Shown: positions 1-10,629 of the stretch, one piece after another | How the letters are laid out: each line of letters starts with the position of its first letter | Position numbering within the stretch: the first letter of the stretch is position 1 | Origin: an uncultured Candidatus Rokubacteria bacterium | GTDB lineage: Bacteria > Methylomirabilota > Methylomirabilia > Rokubacteriales > DASRDR01 | NCBI GenBank assembly: GCA_963708025.1 | Contig: CAVPSB010000013.1 | Location: forward strand, 320,001 to 384,000 | DNA length: 64,000 nt | Reading direction: 5' to 3' | Position numbers and translations under genes: made by a program | The notes under the pieces: model-generated | The model's database searches: none | What the model was told of the DNA's origin: nothing | What the model saw: the letters and a program-made list of their open reading frames with translations, nothing else

Positions 1-1
1 G

Positions 2-964
2 CAGCTCGCGGACCTCGCCGGACTGTTCGACGTCCTCTGCGAACTCCTCTTGCTGTACAGCCACCGCGGTGCCCTGTCCGAGGCGGAACAGATCGGCAGG
101 GAGCTGTCGCCGCTGTCCGAGCGTCTGGACACCTCTGCCGTGCTCGAGACCTCCTTCCTGCGAGGCGCAGTCCTCGTGTGGAGAGGCGACCTGGACGCCG
201 CGGAGCCCCTCCTGGCCAAGGCGCTGGCGTCGCCGACGGCCCTGGACGAGGCGGATCGGCTGTACGGGGTCAACCCGGTCGTCGCCGCTCGCTCCTTCGA
301 AGGTCTGCGGCGCTGGGTCCGCGCCGAGCCTGATCGCGCGCGGGTGGTGCAAGGGGAGGCCATGGCCCTGGCCGACCGGCTCGGCCGTCCCTTCACGGTC
401 GCCCACGCGGCGGCGTTCGGAGCCCTTCTCCTCGTGCTCGACGGCCAGTCGGCGGAGGCCGTCAGGGTCGCCACCAAGGCCGTCGATCTCTCGGAGGAGT
501 ACGGCTTCCCGCTCTGGCAGGGGTCCGCGCTCGTCAGCCGCGGCCGGGCGCTCGTCGAGCAGGGCGAGGGTGAGCGAGGCCTCGCGGAGATCCGCCAGGG
601 CCTCGACGTGCTGGAGCGGGCCAAATTGCGCCTCGGCGTTTCGCTGTGGTTCTCCTTTCTTGCCGGGGCCTGCCTGCAGCTGGACCGCGTGGACGAGGGG
701 CTCGCCGCCGCCGACACCGGGCTGAGCCAGTGTCGCGACACCTCGGCGCGACTCTTCGAGGCCGAGCTCTGGCGCCTCAGAGGGGAATTGCTCCTGCGGG
801 GGGCCCGCCGCGAGACGCCCGCCCGGCGGGCCGGGATCCGGGAAGCGGAGGAGTGCTTCGAGAAGGCGCGATCGGTGGCGCGCGCCCAGGGGGCGCGCAT
901 GCTGGAACGGCGCGCCAGCCGGGGGAACGACAGGGGCCCCGCGCCGCGCCGGCCCGCACGCTGA
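2..964 (+). CDS. C-terminal TPR-like region of a STAND/AAA-ATPase signalling protein (adenylate-cyclase or winged-helix type); 5' truncated by window edge
   Basis: Frame is open from base 2. Helical repeats plus the typical tail RLFEAELWRLRGELLL...AEECFEKARSVARAQGARMLERRA. Confidence 0.8.
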   Translation, partial: QLADLAGLFDVLCELLLLYSHRGALSEAEQIGRELSPLSERLDTSAVLETSFLRGAVLVWRGDLDAAEPLLAKALASPTALDEADRLYGVNPVVAARSFEGLRRWVRAEPDRARVVQGEAMALADRLGRPFTVAHAAAFGALLLVLDGQSAEAVRVATKAVDLSEEYGFPLWQGSALVSRGRALVEQGEGERGLAEIRQGLDVLERAKLRLGVSLWFSFLAGACLQLDRVDEGLAAADTGLSQCRDTSARLFEAELWRLRGELLLRGARRETPARRAGIREAEECFEKARSVARAQGARMLERRASRGNDRGPAPRRPAR

Positions 965-1464
965 CGGAGGACCGACAGCCTCGTCGTGACCGCGGGCAAC
1001 GGGCCGCCCAAACGCCTACGGTTGGTCGGGCGGTCTTCCCAGTCCCCCCGAAGCTCCTAGTCGATCCAGGCACTTCGTGCGTACCACGTTCGCGGCGGCG
1101 TTCTTCACGTAGGCCCGTTCACACCGTGCGGGGTTTGCGGCACCGGTACTTGGGTCAGCTTCGGCGCAGGCGCCTCGGCGCCGGCCGTGCGCCAGCGAGG
1201 CCGGTGCAGCCCAAGGGCGCCGACGTGAAGGTGGATCTCGTCAGCCGAACCCCGGGCCTCAAACCCGTGAAGCCCGGTCAGAAACCGGCGTCGCCCAAGA
1301 CGGGAGGCCCACCCACCGGCCTGGCGCAGCCTTGATACTCCCAGTGAACGTCGCCGAGACTGGCCGTCCACTCTGGGGGTGACCTTGAGAGGGCTCCCCA
1401 GTCCAGCGGGTTCTTCAGCCTGTCGAGCAGGCCACCCAGTCCTCCGCCGCCCCCCCCGCTCCCG

Positions 1465-1600
1465 AAGCGCAGCAGCTTCGTGTCGCGGTCGTACAGCCCG
1501 CCGGCGAAGCCGAACGGAATCGGCCCGGAATCCCGGCTGCAGCGCTGTCGCGCATCACGTTGCCCCACGGGTCGTAGTCGGTTCGCTGGACTGGGTAGAG
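1465..1600 (-). pseudogene. RHS repeat-associated core relic
   Basis: TDYDPWGNVMRDS and PFGFAGGLYDRDTKLLRFG lie in two different frames. No upstream YD repeats and no downstream core end. Confidence 0.7.
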
Positions 1601-1836
1601 GTATCTCCTCATACTTGACGGGCAGCGGATCGCCATCCATGATCACCAGGGCGATATTCATCGGGCGCTCGACCGTTGCGGCAAGCGCCCGGGGTGGTGC
1701 CGAAGAGGCCAATTGAGCAAGCCGGAGGCGGAAACGGATCCTTGGCCAATCGAAGAATGGTGTCGATTGCAGGTGGCGATAGTGATCTGGCCGGCCAGAC
1801 GATCCGTCCGGCCACCTGGACTACTGGAGATGACCC

Positions 1837-2967
1837 ATGAACATACCCTCCCAGCCTGATCAAGAACTCGAACAGCGCCTGGCGACCCCTTTACTGGATG
1901 TCCTGATCCGTGCCGGCCTGATCCTCGCCATGACCGTGCTTTGCTACCAGGTCTTCTCCCCGTTCCTGCACCTGATGGTCTGGGCGCTGATCCTGGCCGT
2001 CACGCTCTATCCGCTCCACCAATCCCTGGCCCGCAGGATCGGGGGCAAGCAAGGACTTGCCGCAACCCTGGTGGTCGTCGTTTTCGTCGTGCTGATCGTG
2101 GCGCCGACGGCGATGCTGGCAAGCTCGCTTGGCGATTCGGTGCGTCAGCTGGTCAACGACGTGCAGAACAACTCGCTGAAGATTCCAGCCCCGCGCCCCG
2201 GGGTCGAGGCATGGCCGGTCGTCGGCAAGAGGTTCCACGACGTCTGGTCCAAGGCGCATGCGGACCTGCCGGCGCTGGTGCAGAGCATGCAGCCAAAGAT
2301 TGGCGAACTGGCGAAGACGGCCCTGAGCTTCGTCGCCAGCATCGGTGGTGGACTGTTGCAGTTTTTGGCCTCCTTCATCATTGCCGGCATCATCATGGCT
2401 TTCGGGCAGTCGGGCAGTCGCACCAGCCGGGCGATCTTCGAGCGCCTCGTCGGCAGCGCCCGCGGCGGCGAATATGCCAGCCTGTCCACGGCGACCATTC
2501 GTGCCGTCGCCCAAGGGGTGATCGGGGTGGCCTTGATCCAGGCCATCCTCGTCGGCTTGGCCCTGCTGGTCGCCGGGGTTCCGTGGGCGGCTGTGCTGGC
2601 GGTGCTCGTGCTGGTTCTCGGCATCGCCCAGGTCCCGGCGCTGATCGTGACCTTGCCCGCCATCGTCTACATCTGGTCGAGCGGCGATTACGGCACTGCG
2701 GCGGCGATCGCCTACACCGTGGTGCTGTTCCTGTCGGGCATGGCGGACAACGTGCTGAAGCCGCTGATGCTGGGCAGGGGGGTCGATGCGCCGATGCCGG
2801 TCGTTCTGCTCGGTGCGCTGGGCGGCATGGCGGCTGGTGGCATCCTGGGGATGTTCGTCGGCGCCACCCTGCTGACGCTGGGCTATCAGATCTTCATGGG
2901 CTGGGTGGCGGCCAACCCGGACGCCGGACAGGCTCAGGCGGAAAGCGACGCGCAGTCGGCGCGCTAA
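1837..2967 (+). CDS. AI-2E family transporter
   Basis: 376-aa polytopic membrane protein with DNVLKPLMLGRG...GALGG...GMFVGA signature. GGAG RBS upstream. Confidence 0.9.
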   Translation: MNIPSQPDQELEQRLATPLLDVLIRAGLILAMTVLCYQVFSPFLHLMVWALILAVTLYPLHQSLARRIGGKQGLAATLVVVVFVVLIVAPTAMLASSLGDSVRQLVNDVQNNSLKIPAPRPGVEAWPVVGKRFHDVWSKAHADLPALVQSMQPKIGELAKTALSFVASIGGGLLQFLASFIIAGIIMAFGQSGSRTSRAIFERLVGSARGGEYASLSTATIRAVAQGVIGVALIQAILVGLALLVAGVPWAAVLAVLVLVLGIAQVPALIVTLPAIVYIWSSGDYGTAAAIAYTVVLFLSGMADNVLKPLMLGRGVDAPMPVVLLGALGGMAAGGILGMFVGATLLTLGYQIFMGWVAANPDAGQAQAESDAQSAR

Positions 2968-3405
2968 CAACCGCTCCCAGGTCATCACGGTGGAGGTCGA
3001 AGTGCCCGCGAGCGGCGGTTACGGCACCGTGATCGCACAGGGCGGGCGCTTTGGCGTCGGGTCACTCTACGTCAAGGACGGCGTGCCGGCGTACGACTAC
3101 AACTACCTTGGCCTCCGGCGCTTCACGGTCGCCTCCACGAAAAAGCTCGCGCCCGCGAAGTCCACGGCGGTGTTCCAGTGTGACTATGACGGGGGCGGCC
3201 CGGCAAAGGGGGCGAGGGGACGCTGCTCGTGAACGGCGAAAAGGTCGCCGAGGGACGGACTGGCATCACGCAGCCCGGCATCTTCTCCGCCGACGAGACC
3301 GGCGAAATCGGCATCGATCTCCGGACGCCGGTGGTTCGAGGCCATCGGGTCGGAAGCGAAGTCGCGCTTCACGGGGCGGATACCGAAGGTAACCGTCCGG
3401 GTGTG
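2966..3405 (+). pseudogene. C-terminal fragment of an arylsulfatase, frameshifted
   Basis: NRSQVITVEVEVP..GTVIAQGGRFG..SLYVKDGVPAYDYNYLG, VNGEKVAEGR..FSADET..IGID and SRFTGRIPKVTV are spread over shifted frames. Catalytic N-terminus is absent. Confidence 0.75.
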
Positions 3406-3547
3406 GCTAGGACCTCCTCTGTCCCGACCAGACGCCTGCACGCACAGCGCATCGATCGTTGACAGCGCCTGTCGGTGGTGTCACCCTGAGGCAGCCGACG
3501 CAGGCGGGGTGCGAGGTGCACAAACGGAACGAAGGGGAGGTATCCCG

Positions 3548-4351
3548 ATGGTCGCTGGGAAATCCGCGAGAGCCGCTACGACGAGCCTGTGCTGGGTTGC
3601 GCTGGGTTTGATGCTTGGGCTGGGAGGGGCGCGCTCCGGAGCGAGCGCCGCCGAGGCAGACGCCAGGAACCTGTTCAAGGCCATGTCCGACTACATGGCG
3701 GCGCAGAAATCGATATCGTTCCAGTACGATACCGACCTCGAGATCGTGACCAAGGATAGGCAGAAGCTCGGGCTCGCGAGCTCCGGGCGGGTCACGCTCA
3801 ATCGGCCGGACAAGATCCGGGTCACGCGCACCGGCGGCTTTGCGGATGTCGAGTTCCTCTTCGATGGCAAGACGCTGACACTGCTCGGCAAGACCTCGAA
3901 CCTCTATGCTCAGATCGAGGTGCCGGGGACGATCGATCATCTGATCGACGAGTTGAGGGACAAGGGGAGACCCGTGCCTGGCGCAGACCTGCTACTGTCG
4001 AATGTCAACGACACGCTGATGGCCACTGTGACCAACGTCAAGGACCTTGGCAGTGGCGTCATCGGCGGGGTTGAATGCGATCACCTCGCGTTTCGAACGA
4101 AGGAGGTCGACTGGCAGATCTGGATTGCCCAGGGAAGCCGGCCCTATCCTTGCCGCTATGTCATCACCAGCACCAAGGTTCCGCAGGCACCACAATACAT
4201 CCTCACGATCAGGGACTGGAAGACCGGCGACGAGGTCGGGTCCGACGATTTCAGCTTCAAGAACGCCACGAACGCCACGAAGAAGGGTCTGGCCGATCTC
4301 CCCAACATGGACGAGTTGCCGCAGATCTTTGCGGTCGGAGGCAAGAAATGA
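3548..4351 (+). CDS. DUF2092 family periplasmic protein (LolA-like fold predicted)
   Basis: GGAGG RBS and signal peptide. Motifs KAMSDYMA, RPDKIRV, FDGKTLTL, PGADLL, CDHLAFR, DWQIWI. Confidence 0.88.
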   Translation: MVAGKSARAATTSLCWVALGLMLGLGGARSGASAAEADARNLFKAMSDYMAAQKSISFQYDTDLEIVTKDRQKLGLASSGRVTLNRPDKIRVTRTGGFADVEFLFDGKTLTLLGKTSNLYAQIEVPGTIDHLIDELRDKGRPVPGADLLLSNVNDTLMATVTNVKDLGSGVIGGVECDHLAFRTKEVDWQIWIAQGSRPYPCRYVITSTKVPQAPQYILTIRDWKTGDEVGSDDFSFKNATNATKKGLADLPNMDELPQIFAVGGKK

Positions 4352-4560
4352 GCGTGGCGAAGCGAGTCGTCATCCTCTTGATGGCCGGGATCATCGGCCT
4401 GTGTGCCCTCGAACTGGGCGATCAGCTTTCGATCCCCGGCGTCGACGGCTTCATCTCGTCGGCCGAGGCTGTCGTGGGGCGGCCGCTGACGCCCGTGAGC
4501 GTTGCCGGGGTGGCGCGGCGCACCGTCAGGCGCTGCGCGGTCGGCGTCTATAACTGCTAG
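4348..4560 (+). CDS. Small secreted protein, 70 aa, VGRPLTPVSVAGVARRT motif
   Basis: ATGA overlap with DUF2092 stop. Hydrophobic N-terminus, AEA site, C-terminal RRCAVGVYNC. Confidence 0.75.
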   Translation: MSVAKRVVILLMAGIIGLCALELGDQLSIPGVDGFISSAEAVVGRPLTPVSVAGVARRTVRRCAVGVYNC

Positions 4561-5008
4561 CGACCGATCGACTCCGGCTCCGACGGCATAGCGAAGCCGA
4601 CAACCTACTCCGCTGGCGTCGCGCTACACTCGGCCGTCACTCGGGCGGCCGGCGGGCTGGAGACGGGGGCCGGAGGTCGAGGGCGCGCAAGGCCTAGGGC
4701 GGCCGACCAGATCGAGCTCGTTGGAAGCGTCGTGGCGCGGAGCTTGCGACCGGGCGCGTGCGATTCCGCCGGGCCGGTGACGGATGATCGTCGTTGATGC
4801 CGGAGGCCGCGCCAGGGCAATGCGTGTAGGGGTCTTGTCCGGCCGATGAGGCGCTGCGCGCTCGTTGCCGGCGAACGAGGGCTTCGTCCGCGGGGAAGCC
4901 ACACGGGCCAATTACCCCGGCGAGCTCCGGACGGACGCACTACGGACTTCATCCGCCTCGGCGACCCGCTCTTCGGCGGGGTATTTGTTTCTCAACCGGA
5001 GGGTCACC

Positions 5009-5389
5009 ATGGTCATCGCCAACCGACGCCTACTGCTTCCTTTCCTGTGCATGATCACGCTGTCCGGCTGCGAAGGACTCCTGGTCACCGACACGCAGAG
5101 CCTGCTCGCCCCCACGTTCACGCGGTCAGAGATCCTCGGCTTGATAGCGGGATTTGGAACGACCTTTGCGGCCCTGCCGGACCTGATCTCGATGCTGAGG
5201 CGGCGCTCGAGCGCGGGCATGAACCCGAAGATGGCAGCGATCATGGGCGCCTTCCAGATCCTGTGGATCTGGTACGGACTGCTCATCGGTTCGAGACCCG
5301 TGGTGCTCTGGAATGCGATTGCCGTGGTGACGAACTCGTTTGTCGTGGGCGCGTATCGTCACTATGCGCGCCGCGAACGTGGCGTATAG
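5009..5389 (+). CDS. SemiSWEET/PQ-loop family transporter with N-terminal lipobox-like extension
   Basis: GGAGG RBS. Three-TM pattern GLIAGFGTTFAALPD...LWIWYG...PVVLWN. LSGC at residues 18-21. Confidence 0.75.
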   Translation: MVIANRRLLLPFLCMITLSGCEGLLVTDTQSLLAPTFTRSEILGLIAGFGTTFAALPDLISMLRRRSSAGMNPKMAAIMGAFQILWIWYGLLIGSRPVVLWNAIAVVTNSFVVGAYRHYARRERGV

Positions 5390-5405
5390 TTGGGTGAACG
5401 AGCCG

Positions 5406-8400
5406 ATGTCACGTATGATTCGTCGCGCTCTGGTGGCGCTGGCGGTTGCCGGGCTGCTCGTCGGTGCCGCCGCGGGCGCGGCGTGGATCCTCTTCCGCCT
5501 CTACGGGCCCGATCTCGTCCGCGCCCAGCTCGAGCGCGCGCTGGCGACCGCGCTCGAGCGTCCGGCGCGTGTCGGCGCGGTGAGCTTCCGTCCGTGGGCG
5601 GCCGGTCTCCGCGTGTCGGGCGTGACCGTCGCGAGCGGAGCCCGCCCGGAGGACGGCACGCTCCTCCGGCTCGACCATGCCGACGTCGGCGTCCGGCTCG
5701 AGAGCCTCTGGCGGCGCCGGCTCGTCGTGGCCGTGACCCTCGCCGAGCTCGACGTCGCCACCACGGCGGGCGGGGGCGCCGCCGATCTGGCCGCGCTGGC
5801 CGTCCCCTCCACGTTCGCCCTCGGCTCGGTGGAGGTCCGCGTCGGGGTGATCCGCCTGGTGAACGGCCGCGTCCGCCATCGGGACCCGGAGGCCGGCTGG
5901 GCGGTCGAGGCGCGCGGGATCGACGCCGACGGCCGGCCCGGGCCCGATGCCCTCGCGCTCTCCGCCCGCGTCGAGAGCCTTCTGATCGAGGCGCCCGGCA
6001 TGCGGGAGCGCCTCGAGCGGCTCCGCGCCGAGGGGATCGTCCGTCCTGGCCAGATCCGGCTGGAGGCCGGGCGCTTTCGGTGGGAGGGCCACGAGATCCG
6101 GCTTGCCGGCGAGCTGCGCCAGCCCGACGCCGCCCTCGAGGTGCGCGCCACCGCGCGGGGCGAGGTCGCGCTGGCGGCCGTCGCGAAGCGGGCCGGGGTG
6201 ACCGTACCGCTCGGTGGGCTCGCCGGGGTCGACGCGACGCTGGAGGGTCCGGTGGCCGCCCCGCGCCTCGAGGCCCGCGTCACGGTGCCCGACCTGGCCG
6301 CGGGTCCGCTCCGCGCCCGGGACGTCCACCTGGCCGGCACCTTCATCGACGGGACGCTCCGCGTCCCCGACGTCCAGGCCGACCTCTTCGGCGGCCGCGT
6401 CCGGGGCGCGCTCACCGTCACCCCGGAGGCCACCGGAGGCGCGCGGCGCGTCGCGCTGACGCTGAGCGATCTCCACCTGCCCGGCGTGCTCGCGCCGCTC
6501 GGCCCCGGGACCGTGCGGGCCGAAGCCCGGGTCACCGACGGCGCGATCGAGCTGGGGCCGGTGACGGCGCGCTGGGCCGACGCGCGCCTCGACGTCACGG
6601 GACGCGTGGAGGCCGGCCAGCGCCTGGCCCTGCGCGCGGACCTCGACGCCGATCTCGGCGCCCTCGGGCGGGCCGCGGTCCCGGGGGGCGTCGCCGGCCG
6701 GGTCCGCATGACGGCGGACGCCACGGGGACGTGGGAGCGGCCGGTGCTCGCCGGGCAGGTCGAGACGGGGCCGCTCGTGGTGGCGACCCAGCCGGTTGAC
6801 CGCGCGACGCTGCGGTACCGGCTCGAGGGACACGACGGGCTCGCGCGGTGGACGGGCACGCTCGACACGGCCCGCGTCGCGGCGCCGGGCCTGCCGCTCG
6901 AGGATCTCAGCGCCGCGTTCACCCTCGACGGGACCGCTGTCGACGTCCAGCGCCTCACGGGCCGTGTCGCCGGGGTCCCGGTCGCCGGGCGGGGCGCCTG
7001 GCGCTGGGCCGGCGCGCGTGCTCGCGCCGCTCGGCCCCGGGACCGTGCGGGCCGAAGCCCGGGTCACCGGCGGCGCGATCGAGCTGGGACCGGCGACGGC
7101 GCGCTGGGCCGACGCGCGGCTCGACGTCACGGGACGCGTGGAGGCCGGCCAGCGCCTGGCCCTGCGCGCGGACCTCGACGCCGACCTCGGCGCCCTCGGG
7201 CGGGCCGCGGTCCCGGGGGGCGTCGCCGGTCGGGTCCGCATGACGGCGGACGCCACGGGGACGCGGGAGCGGCCGGTGCTCGCCGGGCAGGTCGAGACGG
7301 GGCCACTCGTGGTGGCGACCCAGCCGGTCGACCGCGCGGTGCTGCGGTACCGGCTCGAGGGACACGACGGGCTCGCGCGGTGGACGGGCACGCTCGACGC
7401 GGTCCGCATCGCGGCGCCGGGCCTGCCGCTCGAGGATCTCAGCGCCGCGTTCACCCTCGACGGGACCGCTGTCGACGTCCAGCGCCTCACGGGCCGCGTC
7501 GCCGGGGTCCCGGTCGCCGGGCGGGGCGCCTGGCGCTGGGCCGGCGGCGGACGGGCCGAGGCCGACCTCGGGCCCGTGGCCCTCGCCGCGCTCCCGGGAC
7601 GCCCACCGGGGCTCCCGCTCGTCGGGACGGGCTCGGGGCGAGTCCAGGCCACGGTGGAGCGCGGGACGGTGTCGGCGACGGGGACGTTCGACCTGAGCGA
7701 GGTGGTGCTCGCCGACGTCCCGCTGGGGACCGGTGGCGGGCGCATCGGCCTCGACGGGCGCGAGGTGACCGCCGAGCTGACCTTTCCCGCGCGCCGGGTC
7801 CGGGCCACCGGGAGCGGTCACCTCGAGACCGGCCGGATCGTCAGGGCGCACGCGCAGGTCGAGCGCCTCGAGCTGGACCCGCTCCTCCGGCGCTTCGCGC
7901 CGGTCGCGCAGCATCACGTCAGCGGCTCGGTCTCGGCGCGCGTCCAGGCCGAGGTGCCGGTGGGTCAGCTGGAGGCGGCCCGCGTGACGGCGTGGATCAC
8001 CCCGGAGGACCTCATGGTCGCCGGTGAGCGCTGGACGGCGCGCTCCCCCGCGGTGATCCGCTGGGAGCGGCGGCGACTCTCGATGGCCGACCTCCGGCTC
8101 GCCAGCCCGCTCGGCACCCTGACGGCCTCGGGCGGCGTCGAGGCCGAACGCGGCGAGGGGCGGCTGGCCCTCGCCCTCGAGGACGCGCGGCTCCCTCCCC
8201 CGCTCGACCGCGTCGGTCGTGGCCGGGTCCAGGCCGAGGCGCGTCTCACGCGGGCGGCGCTGGAGGACGTGTCGCTCCACGCGCGCTGGCCGGCCGGCTC
8301 GCTCACGCTCGGGGGCCGGGCGCCATTCGACGGCGCGATGGCGCTCCGCGCCCGGCTGACCGGGGACGTCGCCGAGGTGGCCCGGGCCTTCGATCTCGGC

Positions 8401-10629
8401 GGCCTCGCCGGCCAGATGGTGGTCTCGGCCGAGGTGGGCGGGCCGGTGAGCGAGCCGGTGGCCACGGGCCGGATCGAGGCCCCCACGCTCGCGGCCGCGG
8501 GCGTCACCCTCGCCCGGGTCTCCGTCCCGTTCCGGCTCACGCGGACGGCCCTCCGGATCGAACGGGCCAGCGCGCGGCTCGGGCCGGATGCGCTCACCCT
8601 CGACGGCCAGGCGGCGCGAGCGGACGGCGGCTGGGGGGGACACGGGACGCTGGCGGCACCCAGGGTCGCCGTGGGGCGGTGGCCGATCGAGGAGCTCCGC
8701 GTCGGCTTCGCCGTGGACACCGAGCGGCTCGTCCTCACCGACGCGGCGCTCCGCGCCGCCGGCGTCCCGGTGCGCGCGACCGGGTCGTGGGCGTGGAGTG
8801 GAGGCGGCCGGCTGGAGGGCCACGTCGGTCCCGCGCGTCTCGGCGAGCTGCCGGGGGTGCCGCCGGCGCTGGGGTTCGAGGGCGTCGTGGCCGGGCGGTT
8901 CGGGGGGACGCTGCGGTCACTCGACGACGTCGCGGCGACCGCCGCGCTGGAGCTCGGCGAGGTCCGGGCCGCCGGCGTGGCGCTCGGCGCCGGCACGCTG
9001 GACCTGGATGCGCGCGGCCGCGCGTTCCACGCCCGCCTCGGCTTTCCGGGGCGGCGCCTGACCGCCACCGCCGAGGGCCGCACCGAGGCGGGGGCGGTGA
9101 TGGCCGTCCGCGCGGCGGTGGACGAGCTGGACCTCGCGGAGCTGGTGCAGCGGCTCGGGGCGGACGGCGCGCCGGCGGTCGAGGGCCGGGTGTCCGCCCG
9201 GCTCGTGGCCGACGTCCCGATCGACCGGCCCGCGGAGGCGCGCGGCACGCTCCACGTGGAGCCCCTCGACCTCCGCGTGGCCGGCGAGGCCCTGGCGAGC
9301 CGGGAACCGATCGTGGCGCGCTGGGACGCGGGGGGACTCCGGGTCGAGCGGTTCGCGCTCGAGGGCCGGGCGGGGCGCCTGACCGGCGAGGGCGCCTGGA
9401 AGGCGGACGGCGGGCTCGAGGCGGAGCTGCGCGGGCAGGTGCCATTGGCCCTGCTGGCGAGCCTCCGGCCGGAGGTGGAGCAGGCGACCGGGACCCTGGA
9501 GGTGACGGCGACGGTGACGGGTACGACGGCGGCGCCGGTCGTCGAGGGCCAGGGCACGGTCCGGGACGCGAGTCTCCGCTTCCGCGGATACCCGGAAGGC
9601 GTGCGGGACATCGAGGCGCGGCTGATCGGATCCCCCACCGGCCTGCGCCTCCTCGAGGCCCGGGGCGTGTTCGGCGGCGGCGCGGTCACGGCCTCCGGGG
9701 AAGCGGCACTGGCGGGCGGCACGCTCGGAGCGTATCGCGTGGCGCTCGGAGCCCGGCGGGTGGCGGTGGCGCCGATCGAGGGCCTCTCGACGCTGTGGGA
9801 CGGCGACCTCGAGCTGGCCGGACGGGGAGCGCGCGCCCAGCTCGCCGGCGAGCTGCGCCTCCTCCGCGGCGCCTACACGGGAGAGCTCGCGCCGGCGGCC
9901 GGGCGCCCCGCGGCGGGAGGCGGTCCAGCCGACGGCGGTCTCGCGCTCCCGCTTCGCGTCCTGGTCAAGCTCGACGACAACCTGGTCGTGCGGAATCGCA
10001 CCGCCCACCTGCGGGTCGGCGGCCAGCTGTCCGTCGAGGGATCCACGGCGCGGCCCGCCGTGCTGGGCGCGGTCGAGGTGCGCGACGGCACCATCGTCTT
10101 CCGGGATCGCCGCTTCACCGTGGTGACCGCGACGGCCCGCTTCCTCGACCCGCGCCGCATCGACCCGTTCCTGGACGCCGCGGCGACGGCGCGGATCCGC
10201 GCGTACGACGTCACCGCGCGGCTGAGCGGCCGCGCGGACAGCCTGGAGCTGCGCCTGCATTCGACCCCGCCGCTCTCCGAGGAGGACCTGCTGGCCCTGG
10301 TGGCCTTCGGGGTCACGCGCGCGGAGCTCGAGCAGTCGGCCACCGGGGTGGTGGCCGAGGAAGCGGCCCGGGTGATCGTCCGCGACCTGCTGGGCTTCGA
10401 AGGACCCGGCCCCATCGGCTCCAGCGACCCGAGCAAGCCCGCAAGTCGGCTCCAGGTGGGGACCCGGGTGGCCGAGCGGACGACGGTCCCGGGCCAGGCC
10501 CCCGACAGCCGGGGGGACCAGCGGGTCACCGTCGAGTACAAGCTCGCCGGCCCCCTCAGCGTCGTCGGCGAGCGCGGCGTCCGCGGAGGGTACTCGGCGG
10601 GACTGGTCCTTCGCCTTCGCTTCCGATGA
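5406..10629 (+). CDS. tamB: Translocation/assembly module TamB-like protein (one frameshift near 7015)
   Basis: N-terminal TM anchor and long Gly/Ala/Val beta-repeat body. C-terminal DUF490-like region (LVVRNRTAHL..DPFLDAAA..STPPLSEEDLLALVAFG). Directly upstream of an Omp85 gene. Confidence 0.82.
6484..7546 (+). repeat. Tandem duplication of 531 bp (6484-7014 and 7016-7546) inside tamB
   Basis: Manual alignment gives a constant offset of 532 and about 15 substitutions. Confidence 0.95.

Noticed and set aside
4945..4992. Hairpin plus T-rich tract before the SemiSWEET gene as a riboswitch
   Set aside because: The stem is only about 5 bp and no aptamer consensus was recognised.
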